Shown: in pieces, positions 10,768-20,880 of the stretch
How the letters are laid out: each line of letters starts with the position of its first letter
Numbering within the stretch: the stretch's first letter is position 1
Source: Chloroflexota bacterium
GTDB lineage: Bacteria > Vulcanimicrobiota > JAMCWD01
NCBI GenBank assembly: GCA_023475345.1
Contig: JAMCWD010000013.1
Location: 45,436 to 109,435, forward strand
Reading direction: 5' to 3'
DNA length: 64,000 bases
The notes under the pieces: model-generated
Seen by the model: the letters and a program-made list of their open reading frames with translations, nothing else
What the model was told of the DNA's origin: nothing
Databases searched by the model: none
Made by a program: the position numbers and the translations under genes

Positions 10768-11187
10768 ATGGCCGCTCCTGATAAAACTGCGAGAAAGCCG
10801 AATCCCCTCAAAAAAGAAGTCGGCCCGAGCATTACGATAAAGATTGGCGGCCTGATTATGTTATTGGGCCTTGTCTGCCTCCCCGTGATGCTGATTATGG
10901 GATTAATGGACTGGGGGCACAGGTTAAAAGAGCAGCAGCTTATCGATCCTTTATACTGGTCAACCGTGATGTGGGCGGGCACCGGCCTTATAGTCCTTGG
11001 AGTGCTTGTCGTTATTATCGGGTATATAAATAAGAAAGCGGCCGCGGAGCAGACGGGGACCGATATCCCATGCCCGAACTGCGGACATACTTACAGGCTG
11101 CCCGAGGGAGTCAAAAAATTCGAGTGTCCTTTATGCAGAAGAAAGGCGGTGGTGGATAGTGGCAAGGCATTTGTATTGCCGGAATAA
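10768..11187 (+). CDS. Membrane protein with C-terminal zinc-ribbon (CPNCG...CPLC)
   Basis: There are two TM helices. The motif 'CPNCGHTYRLPEGVKKFECPLCRRK' has four Cys. Confidence 0.5.
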   Translation: MAAPDKTARKPNPLKKEVGPSITIKIGGLIMLLGLVCLPVMLIMGLMDWGHRLKEQQLIDPLYWSTVMWAGTGLIVLGVLVVIIGYINKKAAAEQTGTDIPCPNCGHTYRLPEGVKKFECPLCRRKAVVDSGKAFVLPE

Positions 11188-13327
11188 ATTTTTATCTGTA
11201 GCAGCAATCATTATAGCAGCGATTCTGATCCTGGGGATTATGAATACGGGTTGTGCCCGGTTGGGATGCCAGAGGGAAAAGCCCCAGGCTGTCCCTTCGC
11301 CAAGCCCGACTATTGTTGAGAATAAGCCTGTCCCGGCTGATGATTCGATGACTCTTACCGACATAGGATCGGTAAATAAGGCCCTGGACAGGGGGAATAT
11401 CGATTCTGCTAAAGCCTGGCAGGTGCTTGAGCCTCTGCTTCAGCAAAATCCCAACGACCCTGGCCTCCTGTTTACAAAATCAAGGTTATTATGGACGGAA
11501 GGCAAATATGCCGAAGCCCAAACAACTGTAAACCAGGTGCTTGAGAAGGATCCTAAGAATGCATCGGCCCTTGCTTTCAAGGCATCTGTCCTTCTGGATA
11601 ATTTCCAGAACAAGGAAGCGGCCGAATATGTAAAAAGGCTTAAGGAAATCGATCCCGGCAGTCAGAAAAGCCAACTGCTCCAGGCCCAGGTGCTTGTTAA
11701 CACCATGGAATATGCCCAGGCTGAAAGCATGCTTAATGCCTTAATAAAAAAATATCCGGACAGCATCGAAGCCTATAAAATTCTTGCCAACGCTTATGAT
11801 CAAAGCCTTCAAACGGATAAAGGGATAGAATTTTTAAATGCTGCCGTTAAAAGGAACTGGTCAAACCCGAAAGACAAGTCTTTCCTGCTCGGAAGAATGG
11901 GTGAAATGTATGAGCGTAAAGGCAACATGCAGGAAGCCGTTAAAGCTATGGATGAAGCAGTTAAGCTGGACCCCGATAACGCCCTTGCCAGTGGAAAGCT
12001 TGCCATGTTTACAGTAGTTCTTGAGAATCCCGGGCAGATGCGTAAAGATGTTGTAAAAGCCGCGGGTGAAAAAAATGCAGATAGTCCTTACCCGTTATAT
12101 GCTCAGGCCCAACTGGCGATGTATGACGGGCAGTTCGGTCCTGCCAGAGTTTTTATAAACGAGGCTATAAAGAGATTCCCGTTGAATATAACGGGGTATT
12201 TTCTGCTGGGCAAATTCAGCCTGGATAACTATGAATACAAAATAGCGCAGAGAGCTTATGCCCAGGCGGAGGTTCGCCGCCCGGGAGATTATGACACCAA
12301 AATGGGAGAAATATTCCTTGCCCTTATACAGAGGGATTTCGACAAAGCAAATAAAATGATGTCCGATTTTGTAATACTGGAACATCGTAAAGCCGAATAT
12401 TACCGGAGGCTGGGCGATGTTTATTATAAGCATTTGAGAGAGCCCGCCAAGGCACGCGAATATTACAACAAAGCCGCGGGAATCACGGGACAGGGACTGG
12501 AGTCCGTCATGGCATCGGTCGCGTTGGGCAAGATAGAACTGGGTGAAGGCAAAGTTACAGAAGCCGAAAAATATTTCAACCTGGCGCTGGCCAAGTCTCC
12601 TGCGATGTATTCGGTTTATGCCGACATTATCGATTGCGCAATTGGAAATAAAAAATTCGACCTTGCCAAAAAATATATGGGGCTGTGGGATCAAGAATCG
12701 GCAAAATTGAAGTCGCCGCCCAGGGCTGTAAGTTCGGCGTATATAAGATTTGCATACATGTACTCGATTGTCGGCGAGGTTGAAGAGGCCAAAAGGCTCA
12801 TAGAACTTGCAAAACGGGCGGAGCCCGGGAACCCCTTGCTTGAGGTCTCTTTAGGCAGGATTGCAATGATGGAAGGAAATAAGGAAGCCGCTAAAGGATA
12901 CTTCGGTACTTCCGTTAAAAATGATAAACACGATGCTTTTTCCTGGGTATGGCTCGGAGTTATTGCCGAACAGGAAGGTAAACAGAAAGAGGCCGAAACA
13001 TGTTTCGATAATGCAAAAAAAGTATTTTCCACTGTGGGGCCGCCGAAATTCATGGAACAACTGGCGCCCTCGATGGTCGATTACCTGAAGGCATGTGATT
13101 ATGCATTCATAAAAGACAGGAAGAATGCCGTCTTGAACCTTAAAAAGGCCATCGAAGAAGACGCCTTCAATGCCCCGAGAGCTTATGCCGATCCCGAATT
13201 TTACTCGATGAGAGTTGATCCTTTCTTTAAGAACGAACTCCCTCAAATATTAAAAACGGTCAAAGACAGGACTCCGCCGCCTACAAAGGACGAACTCACC
13301 TGGGAGTACGAAAGACAGGGGCAGTAA
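11159..13327 (+). CDS. TPR-repeat lipoprotein, paralog 1 of 9
   Basis: It has a signal peptide with lipobox-like 'NTGCARLGC' and multiple TPR-like helical repeats. Conserved N-terminal and C-terminal modules are shared with eight downstream genes. Confidence 0.75.
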   Translation: MARHLYCRNKFLSVAAIIIAAILILGIMNTGCARLGCQREKPQAVPSPSPTIVENKPVPADDSMTLTDIGSVNKALDRGNIDSAKAWQVLEPLLQQNPNDPGLLFTKSRLLWTEGKYAEAQTTVNQVLEKDPKNASALAFKASVLLDNFQNKEAAEYVKRLKEIDPGSQKSQLLQAQVLVNTMEYAQAESMLNALIKKYPDSIEAYKILANAYDQSLQTDKGIEFLNAAVKRNWSNPKDKSFLLGRMGEMYERKGNMQEAVKAMDEAVKLDPDNALASGKLAMFTVVLENPGQMRKDVVKAAGEKNADSPYPLYAQAQLAMYDGQFGPARVFINEAIKRFPLNITGYFLLGKFSLDNYEYKIAQRAYAQAEVRRPGDYDTKMGEIFLALIQRDFDKANKMMSDFVILEHRKAEYYRRLGDVYYKHLREPAKAREYYNKAAGITGQGLESVMASVALGKIELGEGKVTEAEKYFNLALAKSPAMYSVYADIIDCAIGNKKFDLAKKYMGLWDQESAKLKSPPRAVSSAYIRFAYMYSIVGEVEEAKRLIELAKRAEPGNPLLEVSLGRIAMMEGNKEAAKGYFGTSVKNDKHDAFSWVWLGVIAEQEGKQKEAETCFDNAKKVFSTVGPPKFMEQLAPSMVDYLKACDYAFIKDRKNAVLNLKKAIEEDAFNAPRAYADPEFYSMRVDPFFKNELPQILKTVKDRTPPPTKDELTWEYERQGQ

Positions 13328-13494
13328 CCGGAGAATTGAAAAATCGCTTTACGAAACCGGGTCTCCGTCTGAAAGCCGGGAACCCGGTTTGTTTTATACG
13401 GAACTGTCCGGGATATTAACGTTCATGTTATAATTAAAAAGGCCTGCCGCCTGCGGAAGGGGAACCCGGCATTTGAAAATATGGAGACAAAGTC

Positions 13495-15627
13495 ATGAAT
13501 ATTCCTCTTTTGAGATATTCGGAAACCTGTTCGGGCCGAAAAAATTTCAATAGGATTTATCTCGTTTTTGCCTTTCTGAGTTTCATTTCGATGCTTTTAA
13601 TATTCACGGTCGGCTGTGCCGGGATTAGTTGTACCCGGGAAAGACAGCCTGCCGTCGGGCCTTCGCCGGGCGGCCCGTCAGGGAATGCAGCCGCCCCTGT
13701 TTTAAAGGACGATTCTGTCCCCCTCGATAATATCGGGGACTTGAGCAGCGCCCTTGCCCGCGGAAACTTTAATATTGAAAAGGCCTGGGATATCCTGAAC
13801 CCCGAATTGAAGAAAAATCCGGGCGATGTTTCTCTCCTTGTCTTAAAAGCAAGGCTGTTATGGACGTCCGGAAACCTTGACGAGTCGGAAAAAACTCTTG
13901 ATTTTGTCCTGGGAAAGGAACCCCGGAATTCCGCCGCCCTTGCCCTGAAAGCAAAGCTCCTGCTCGACCGCTTCGGGAATGAAAAAGGGCTGGAAACAGT
14001 CAACAGGCTTATCGCCGCCTCGCCAGGCAAATACGAGAACCGGCTCCTGAAGGGCAGGGTGTTGTTTCAGTTGTGTAAGTACGGCGAGGCGGAAAAAATA
14101 TTTCGTTCTCTCATACATGAACATCCTGAAAGGATAGAGGCGTACCTGTGGCTTTCCGATCTTTACGACGCCTCCGTTAAGCCCGATGAAGGACTGAAAT
14201 TTATAAAGGGCGCGTTGAGCAAAACATGGAAGGCTTCCGACAGGTCGCGCCTCCTGGTTGAGCTTGGCGAGATCTATGAGAAAGAAGGCGACACCGGCGA
14301 AGCCCTGAAATATTTTAATGAAGCTGTAAGGCTTGATCCGGGGAATGAGATCGCCGCATCCAAAGTTGCCATTTGCGCCCCCGATTTCGGGGTTGCGGCA
14401 GGCACCGTCGATGAACTCAAAAAAACCATCGGCAAAGGCTCGGACAGCGCTTATCCTTATTTTGCCCTGGCAAGGATATATTACAACGAGGGATGGGTGT
14501 CGTCGGGCAAGGATCTCCTGAATAAGAGCCTGAAAGAATTTCCGCTTGAGATGGAAGGCTACGGCCTCCTGGGATACCTGACTTTCGAATCGAGGGAATA
14601 CCGAGAATCTCAAAAAGCTTATGCCCATGCTAAAGCTCTCCACCCGGGCGATTATAATACAATGATGGGCATAGCGCTCCTGGACATTGTTAGGAGGGAC
14701 AGCGATTCTGCGAAAAAGATCCTTTCGAAACTGAAACCGCCGTCCCTGGTTACCGGCAGGCATTACTGCAGGCTGGGAGATGTTTACATGAATCACATGC
14801 GGGATTATGACACCGCCGACCGGTATTACAGGAAGTCCCTGGAATATAAAGGCCGGGGGGCGGATACGGTCATGACTCTTGCGGCGCTGGGAGAAATTCG
14901 GTTAAAAAAGGGGATGGACAGTGAAGGGGAAGAATATTTCGACCGGGCGATCAGAGATTTCCCCGGCGACATCAGTGTCTATTTCGAGATTATTCCGGGG
15001 TCGGTTCTGAATAAGAAATATAAGATCGCTGAAAAATATCTTGGGAAAATGGAAGGAGAAAAATCCGGAACTAAATGGACTCCCGGCGATCTGAGCGCCG
15101 TATATTTGAGGACGGCCTATGCTTATCTTATAAGCGGGGATCTTGGCGGAGCGCTGAAGATGAGCGAGAAATCGATGAAATATAATCCCGAAGGCCATCC
15201 TTTCGGCGAAGTGTTCCTTGCAAAGCCGGAAAAGAGGAACGAGGCGCGGGCTTTTTATGAAAAAGCGGTAAAGCTGCATCCTGAAAATGCGCTGTCATGG
15301 TTTTTCCTGGGATTCCTTGCCGAAGAATCCGGGGACAAAAAAAATGCGGAATCGTATTATAAGAAAGCCGGAGAAGGGCTGGCATCCCCCGGTGATATGG
15401 ATTATTATAAGGCATGGGTTTATTCGATCAGGAGAAACAGGGAGCAGGCCGCAGCTTACCTCAGAAAAGCATGCGAAAAGGATATATTCAATGCGCCGAG
15501 AGCTTATGCCGATGAATCCTTCGACTGGATGAGAGACGATAGATTCTTCAAAGACGAATTGCCGGAATTATTAAAGCAGGTTAAAGGTAAAAGCCCTTAT
15601 CCTTCGAAAAGCGAGCTTGAATGGTAA
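13495..15627 (+). CDS. TPR-repeat lipoprotein, paralog 2 of 9
   Basis: It has the signal 'TVGCAGISC' and the same architecture, including the conserved C-terminal 'FNAPRAYADESFDWMRDDRFFKDELPELLKQVKGK'. Confidence 0.75.
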   Translation: MNIPLLRYSETCSGRKNFNRIYLVFAFLSFISMLLIFTVGCAGISCTRERQPAVGPSPGGPSGNAAAPVLKDDSVPLDNIGDLSSALARGNFNIEKAWDILNPELKKNPGDVSLLVLKARLLWTSGNLDESEKTLDFVLGKEPRNSAALALKAKLLLDRFGNEKGLETVNRLIAASPGKYENRLLKGRVLFQLCKYGEAEKIFRSLIHEHPERIEAYLWLSDLYDASVKPDEGLKFIKGALSKTWKASDRSRLLVELGEIYEKEGDTGEALKYFNEAVRLDPGNEIAASKVAICAPDFGVAAGTVDELKKTIGKGSDSAYPYFALARIYYNEGWVSSGKDLLNKSLKEFPLEMEGYGLLGYLTFESREYRESQKAYAHAKALHPGDYNTMMGIALLDIVRRDSDSAKKILSKLKPPSLVTGRHYCRLGDVYMNHMRDYDTADRYYRKSLEYKGRGADTVMTLAALGEIRLKKGMDSEGEEYFDRAIRDFPGDISVYFEIIPGSVLNKKYKIAEKYLGKMEGEKSGTKWTPGDLSAVYLRTAYAYLISGDLGGALKMSEKSMKYNPEGHPFGEVFLAKPEKRNEARAFYEKAVKLHPENALSWFFLGFLAEESGDKKNAESYYKKAGEGLASPGDMDYYKAWVYSIRRNREQAAAYLRKACEKDIFNAPRAYADESFDWMRDDRFFKDELPELLKQVKGKSPYPSKSELEW

Positions 15628-15679
15628 TGCCGGATAATCTTATAATACTTATATACCAGGTAATATTGAGGAAATTCAG

Positions 15680-17815
15680 TTGAATCACTTATTGATGAAA
15701 TGCCGCCGGTCGGGATTGAGGATTTATCCCGGTATCGAATCCGGCCTCTTGATTTTGTTTATATTGTTTTTCCTGGCGGTATTTGTTGTAGTTTTCGGAG
15801 GGCCAGGTTGTGCAAGGGGGAGAGGTCCTTCAAGAATAATGAAGCAGCCTCTGCCGAAAAAAATCGATAATTCCATCCCGCTCAATAATGCCGGGGACAT
15901 AAAGAAGGCGCTGGATTCGGAGAACGTTGATTTCGATAGAGCCGGAAAGCTCCTGGATTCGCTCATAAGCAATACACCGGACGACTTATCGCTCCTTATG
16001 CTCAGGGCCAGACTTCTTCGGTCGCAGGGCAGAAACGACGAATCTTTTGCGATCATGGAAGATGTCCTTTCAAAAGCTCCCGAAAATGCGGACGCGCTTG
16101 CTTTTAAAACGGAATACCTGCTCGACCGTTTTAAAAATGGAGAAGCCAGGAAAACAGTTGAGAAATTGATGAGCTTGAAACCGGACGATCCCGGGTGGAG
16201 GCTGCTGGAAGCAAGGGCGCTTACGAGGCTGGGCGAATTCGATAAAGCCGAAAAGATACTCAAGAAACTTATAAAGGAAGACCAGGGCAATATCGCTTAT
16301 TATATCCAGCTTTCGGATGTATATGATTCGAGTCTCAATATCGATAAAGGCATCGGTATCGTTAAGAAAGCCCTAAAGAGAGACTGGCCGGACAAATCCT
16401 CCGAGTCAAGATTAGTTGTCAGGATGGGCGAGATGCTTGAGAGGCAGGGAAAGAAAAAAGAGGCGATGGAAACTTTTAAAAAGGCTCTCGGCGTTGATCC
16501 TGAAAATCTCGATGCCAGGGCGAAACTCGCCCTGTGTATGGATTCGTTTTCAGATCCCGTAAGCAGTTGGGCCGAGGCGGAGAAGGCTATGGAGTTCGAA
16601 AGCAACAGCCCGTACCCCCTGTTTGCCGTTGCGCGGATCTACAGGAACGAAGGCCGGTTCACGCTTGCCATGGCCTCCCTTTATAAGGGCATAGCAAAAT
16701 TTCCCCAGGTGGATACAGGCTACCAGCTCCTGGGTAATTTTGCATTCGAATCGAAAAATTACCGCGAAGCCCTGGATGCTTATGACAGGCTGAAAATCCT
16801 ACGTCCCGGCGATTATAACACCTTACTCGGAGAAGCTCTGCTTGCCATCATATCCAAGGATTTTAAAAAAGCCGATTCCATTCTGGCTGCAATAAAACCC
16901 CCCGAACATCTCAAAGGAGATTTTTACCGTAAGCTCGGAGACGCTTACATGTTTCATCTCCGCGATTACAATAAGGCCGAGGCTTATTACAACAGGTCCC
17001 TGGAATATTTGAATGCGGATGAAAGCGAAGGCTTGAGGGAAGGCCCGGTTGCTGCGCTTATCGGCCTCGGGAAGATCGAGCTTTTAAGGGGTCATGACGA
17101 TAAGGCCGAGGCATATTTTCAACGCGCTATTTCGAAGGCTCCAGAAAATTTTTATGTTTATACGGGGATAATCCGATCCTGCATATCCGGTAATAAATTC
17201 AAGATGGCGAAGAAATATATTAATGAATGGGAACAGAGGAATACTCTCTGGGCGGCAAAAGACAGGATTTCGGCTTATCTGGGTTTCGCCGAGTTGTATT
17301 TGAGCGGCGATATTGAAGAATCCATAAAGATGGCCGGGGAAGCAAGAAAAGTGGATCCCGAAGCGCCGCCTTACGGCAAGCTTCTGATGGTTTTCAAGGA
17401 TGAGAAGAATAATGCAAGATCCTATTATGAACGTACCGTTAAAGTTCAGCCGGATGATTACATGGCATGGTTTTACCTGGGTCTCCTTGCCGAAGAAAAC
17501 GGCGAAACAGATAAGTCAGAACGCTATTACAAGGAAGCAATGAAGGGTCTTCGTTACCCCGGGGATCTCGATTATCAAAAAGCATGGATATATTCCGTCA
17601 GGAAAGACAAGGAAAAAGCGCTTCAATATCTGCGGAAAGCCTGTAATGAAAATGTTTATAACGCCGCAAAAGCTTATTCCGATGAGATGTTTGACTGGAT
17701 GAGAAACGATCCTTTTTTCAAGAACGAATTGCCGGAGATCTTAAAAAAAGTCAAAGACGAAAAACTACAACCGGAGAATGAACTCATCCGGGATTTTGGA
17801 GGCAATAGCCGCTGA
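15680..17815 (+). CDS. TPR-repeat lipoprotein, paralog 3 of 9
   Basis: It has the signal 'GGPGCARGRG' and the same architecture. Its 3' about 480 nt are nearly identical to the 3' end of paralog 4. Confidence 0.75.
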   Translation: MNHLLMKCRRSGLRIYPGIESGLLILFILFFLAVFVVVFGGPGCARGRGPSRIMKQPLPKKIDNSIPLNNAGDIKKALDSENVDFDRAGKLLDSLISNTPDDLSLLMLRARLLRSQGRNDESFAIMEDVLSKAPENADALAFKTEYLLDRFKNGEARKTVEKLMSLKPDDPGWRLLEARALTRLGEFDKAEKILKKLIKEDQGNIAYYIQLSDVYDSSLNIDKGIGIVKKALKRDWPDKSSESRLVVRMGEMLERQGKKKEAMETFKKALGVDPENLDARAKLALCMDSFSDPVSSWAEAEKAMEFESNSPYPLFAVARIYRNEGRFTLAMASLYKGIAKFPQVDTGYQLLGNFAFESKNYREALDAYDRLKILRPGDYNTLLGEALLAIISKDFKKADSILAAIKPPEHLKGDFYRKLGDAYMFHLRDYNKAEAYYNRSLEYLNADESEGLREGPVAALIGLGKIELLRGHDDKAEAYFQRAISKAPENFYVYTGIIRSCISGNKFKMAKKYINEWEQRNTLWAAKDRISAYLGFAELYLSGDIEESIKMAGEARKVDPEAPPYGKLLMVFKDEKNNARSYYERTVKVQPDDYMAWFYLGLLAEENGETDKSERYYKEAMKGLRYPGDLDYQKAWIYSVRKDKEKALQYLRKACNENVYNAAKAYSDEMFDWMRNDPFFKNELPEILKKVKDEKLQPENELIRDFGGNSR

Positions 17816-18032
17816 CCTGAGAATTAACAATCTGCGTTATAAAGAACCGGACACTTTCTTTTAAAAAAGGTCAGGATTTCAGGGAATTGATGATCGATTT
17901 TGATAAAAAAATGGTAAAATTTGGTGTAATATCAGAAACCGTATTATGCCTGAATTTGCCTGTCGATATTATTTTTCATGCTATAATTAATGTAATAAAT
18001 GAAAAACTATCACAGAAAAAGAGTAATAGGGC

Positions 18033-20846
18033 ATGAATAACCGGCTGATGTGGGATACAGGTTCTTGCTTGAATTTTAAAAATTTAAGTTTTACGAATTC
18101 TCTTATGACTCTGCTTATTCTGGCTTCAATGCTTATGATATTTTCGACAGGCTGTGCCGGGTCCGGTTGTAGCAGGGAACGGGAGCCTGTCCGGAGAGAA
18201 CAGTCGAACGGCTCGAAAAAAGATGCTGCGCCCTTATCAAAGGATAACTCCATTACCCTTAATACCATAGAAGATCTGCACATTGCCGTTGACCGTGGAA
18301 ATATCAATATAAAAAAGGCCTGGGACATTTTGAATCCCAGATTGAAAGAAAATTCCGAAGATGTGTCTCTCCTTGTTTTAAAAGCCAAACTTTTATGGAC
18401 ATCCGGGAAACTCAGGGAGTCGGAAAAAACCATTGATATTGTCCTGAAAAAGGATCCGAGGAACGACGCAGCCTTTGCTTTAAAAGCAAAGCTGCTGCTT
18501 GATCGCTTCGGAGGCAAAAAAGGGATGAAATTAATTGACGAACTTATTGCCGGCTCGCCTGATAAATATGAAAACAGGCTTTTAAAAGGCAGGGCGTTAT
18601 TCCAGATGGGCAAATATGATGAGGCCGAGCAGATATATCGTTCCCTCATCGATAAATATCCCGACAGGGTGGAAGCTTACCAGGGGCTTTCTGTTTTGTA
18701 TTATTCAAGCCGCAGACCCGAGGAGGGTTTGAAATTTGTAAAGAGCGCCCTGGATAGAGAATGGAAGAACCCCTCAGACAGAGCGCGCCTCCTGGTTAAT
18801 ACGGGTGAAATTTATCAAAATGAAGATGATATCAACGAGGCGCTCAAGTATTATAATGAGGCGGTCATGACAGACCCGGGAAACAAAGATGCCGTATCGA
18901 AATTTGAAACTTATTCCCCCCTGAAGACGATGAAGACGTCCCCTCTGAAAATGGTTGACAATTCTGTACCGCTCAAAAATGCCGGCGATATTAAGAAGGC
19001 GCTGGATTCCGATAATATCAATATCGACAAAGCGGAAAGGCTGCTGAATTCGCTTATAAGCAAGGCCCCCGGCGATTTGTCGCTTTTCGTGCTTAAAGCC
19101 AGGCTTCTCCGGTTGGAGGATAATAACGACGAATCCTTCAGAACCCTGGAAGGTATTCTTTCGAAAGATCCGGACAATCCGGATGCGCTTGCTTTGAAAA
19201 CGGAAATTCTTCTTGACAGTTTCAAAGATGAAGAAGCTGAAAAAACAGCCGATAAATTGGTGAATTTGAAGCCGGACGTTCGCAAGTACAGGCTGTTAAA
19301 AGCAAGAGCGCTTGCCCGGCTCCGGGATTTCGATGAAGCCGAAAAGATACTGTTGAAACTCATAAAGGAACAACCCGATGAAGTATCTTATTATATATGG
19401 CTTTCAGATGTATATGAATCAAGCCTTCAAGAAGATATGGATATGGACTTCATAAATAAGGCCCTGGCGAGGGGCTGGCCGGACAAGCCCGCCGGCTCAA
19501 AATTAATTACCAGGATGGGCGAACTGCTTGAAAAGCAGGGCCGGTTACATGAATCCACAAATTATTATAAAAAAGCTCTCGCTCTTGATCCTGAAAATGC
19601 CGATGCCAGGGCGAAACTTGCCCTGGGCATTAATGATCCGGTAAGGAACTGGGCTGAGGTTGAGAAAGCAATGGAGCCCGAAACCGACAGCCCGTATCCC
19701 TTGTTCGCCCTGGCCCGTCTTTACAGGAATGACAGGCAGTTTGCACTTGCCAGGGCCATCCTTTATAAGGGAATAAAAAAATACCCCCAGGAAGATGCGG
19801 GCTACCGGATACTCGGTGATTTCGCTTTCGAATTAAAGGATTACCGTGAAGCCAGGGATGCTTATGACAGGCTGAAAATTCTGCGTCCCGGAGATTACAA
19901 CACCCTGGTCGGGGAAGCCCTTCTTGCAACGGCAGGCAGAGATTTTAAAAAAGCGGATTCCATCTTATCAAGAATAAATCCGCCCGAACATCTCAAGGGA
20001 GATTTTTACCGCAGGCTCGGAGACGCCTGCCTGTTCCATCTACGCGATTATGATAAGGCGGCGCTTTACTATAACAGGGCAATAAAAGATATTGATAAAA
20101 GTGAGGATTTGAGTGAAAGGTCTGTTGCCGCGCTTGTCAACCTCGGTAATATCGAGCTTTTAAAGGGTCATGACGACAGGGCTGATAAGTATTTTCGACG
20201 CGCGACAGAGAAAGCGCCGAAAAATTTTTATGTATATACGGGAATAATCCGGACCTGCATACAACGGAAAAAATACGGCCTGGCAAAGAAATATATGAAT
20301 GAATGGGAAAAGGTAAATACCCTCTGGGCCGCAAGGGACAGGATACTGGCTTATTTAAGCTTCGCCGAGCCGTATATGATTAACGGGGACATGGACGAAT
20401 CCATAAATATGGCCGAACAGGCAAGAAAAGTGGATCCCGAAGCGCCGCCTTACGGCAAGCTTCTGTTGGTTTTCAAAAATGAGAAGAATAATGCAAGATC
20501 CTATTATGGAAGGAATGTTGAAGCTGAACCGGACGATTATATGTCCTGGTTTTACCTGGGCCTTCTTTCCGAAGAAGACGGCGAAACAGATAAGTCAGAA
20601 CGCTGTTACAAGGAAGCAATGAAGGGTCTTCGTTACCCCGGGGATCTCGATTATCAAAAAGCATGGATATATTCCGTCAGGAGAGATAAGGCGAAAGCGC
20701 TTCAATATCTGCGGAAATCCTGTAATGAAAATGTTTATAACGCCGCAAAAGCTTATTCCGATGAGGTTTTTGACTGGATGAGGAATGATCCTTTTTTCAA
20801 ACAAGAACTTCCCGGACTGATAAAACAAATAAAGGACAGGGCGTAA
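18033..20846 (+). CDS. TPR-repeat lipoprotein, paralog 4 of 9. It is a chimeric/fused gene: a paralog-2-like N-terminal about 290 aa is joined to a full-length paralog-3-like unit.
   Basis: The conserved N-terminal module occurs twice ('...NTIEDLHIAVDRGNINIKKAWDILNP...' and again '...NAGDIKKALDSDNINIDKAERLLNSL...'). The second copy lacks a signal peptide. At 937 aa it is longer than the roughly 700-800 aa of the other paralogs. Confidence 0.75.
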   Translation: MNNRLMWDTGSCLNFKNLSFTNSLMTLLILASMLMIFSTGCAGSGCSREREPVRREQSNGSKKDAAPLSKDNSITLNTIEDLHIAVDRGNINIKKAWDILNPRLKENSEDVSLLVLKAKLLWTSGKLRESEKTIDIVLKKDPRNDAAFALKAKLLLDRFGGKKGMKLIDELIAGSPDKYENRLLKGRALFQMGKYDEAEQIYRSLIDKYPDRVEAYQGLSVLYYSSRRPEEGLKFVKSALDREWKNPSDRARLLVNTGEIYQNEDDINEALKYYNEAVMTDPGNKDAVSKFETYSPLKTMKTSPLKMVDNSVPLKNAGDIKKALDSDNINIDKAERLLNSLISKAPGDLSLFVLKARLLRLEDNNDESFRTLEGILSKDPDNPDALALKTEILLDSFKDEEAEKTADKLVNLKPDVRKYRLLKARALARLRDFDEAEKILLKLIKEQPDEVSYYIWLSDVYESSLQEDMDMDFINKALARGWPDKPAGSKLITRMGELLEKQGRLHESTNYYKKALALDPENADARAKLALGINDPVRNWAEVEKAMEPETDSPYPLFALARLYRNDRQFALARAILYKGIKKYPQEDAGYRILGDFAFELKDYREARDAYDRLKILRPGDYNTLVGEALLATAGRDFKKADSILSRINPPEHLKGDFYRRLGDACLFHLRDYDKAALYYNRAIKDIDKSEDLSERSVAALVNLGNIELLKGHDDRADKYFRRATEKAPKNFYVYTGIIRTCIQRKKYGLAKKYMNEWEKVNTLWAARDRILAYLSFAEPYMINGDMDESINMAEQARKVDPEAPPYGKLLLVFKNEKNNARSYYGRNVEAEPDDYMSWFYLGLLSEEDGETDKSERCYKEAMKGLRYPGDLDYQKAWIYSVRRDKAKALQYLRKSCNENVYNAAKAYSDEVFDWMRNDPFFKQELPGLIKQIKDRA

Positions 20847-20880
20847 ATCCCTGTTAAAGACAGGCCGGTATAATAATATC

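Noticed and set aside
13858-14796. 312-aa minus-strand ORF inside TPR paralog 2. Similar antisense ORFs lie in the other paralogs (for example 28686-29627, 313 aa).
   Set aside because: They are antisense to well-supported conserved paralog frames. Long antisense ORFs are common in AAR/GAR-rich TPR coding sequence. They have no RBS or conserved motif.
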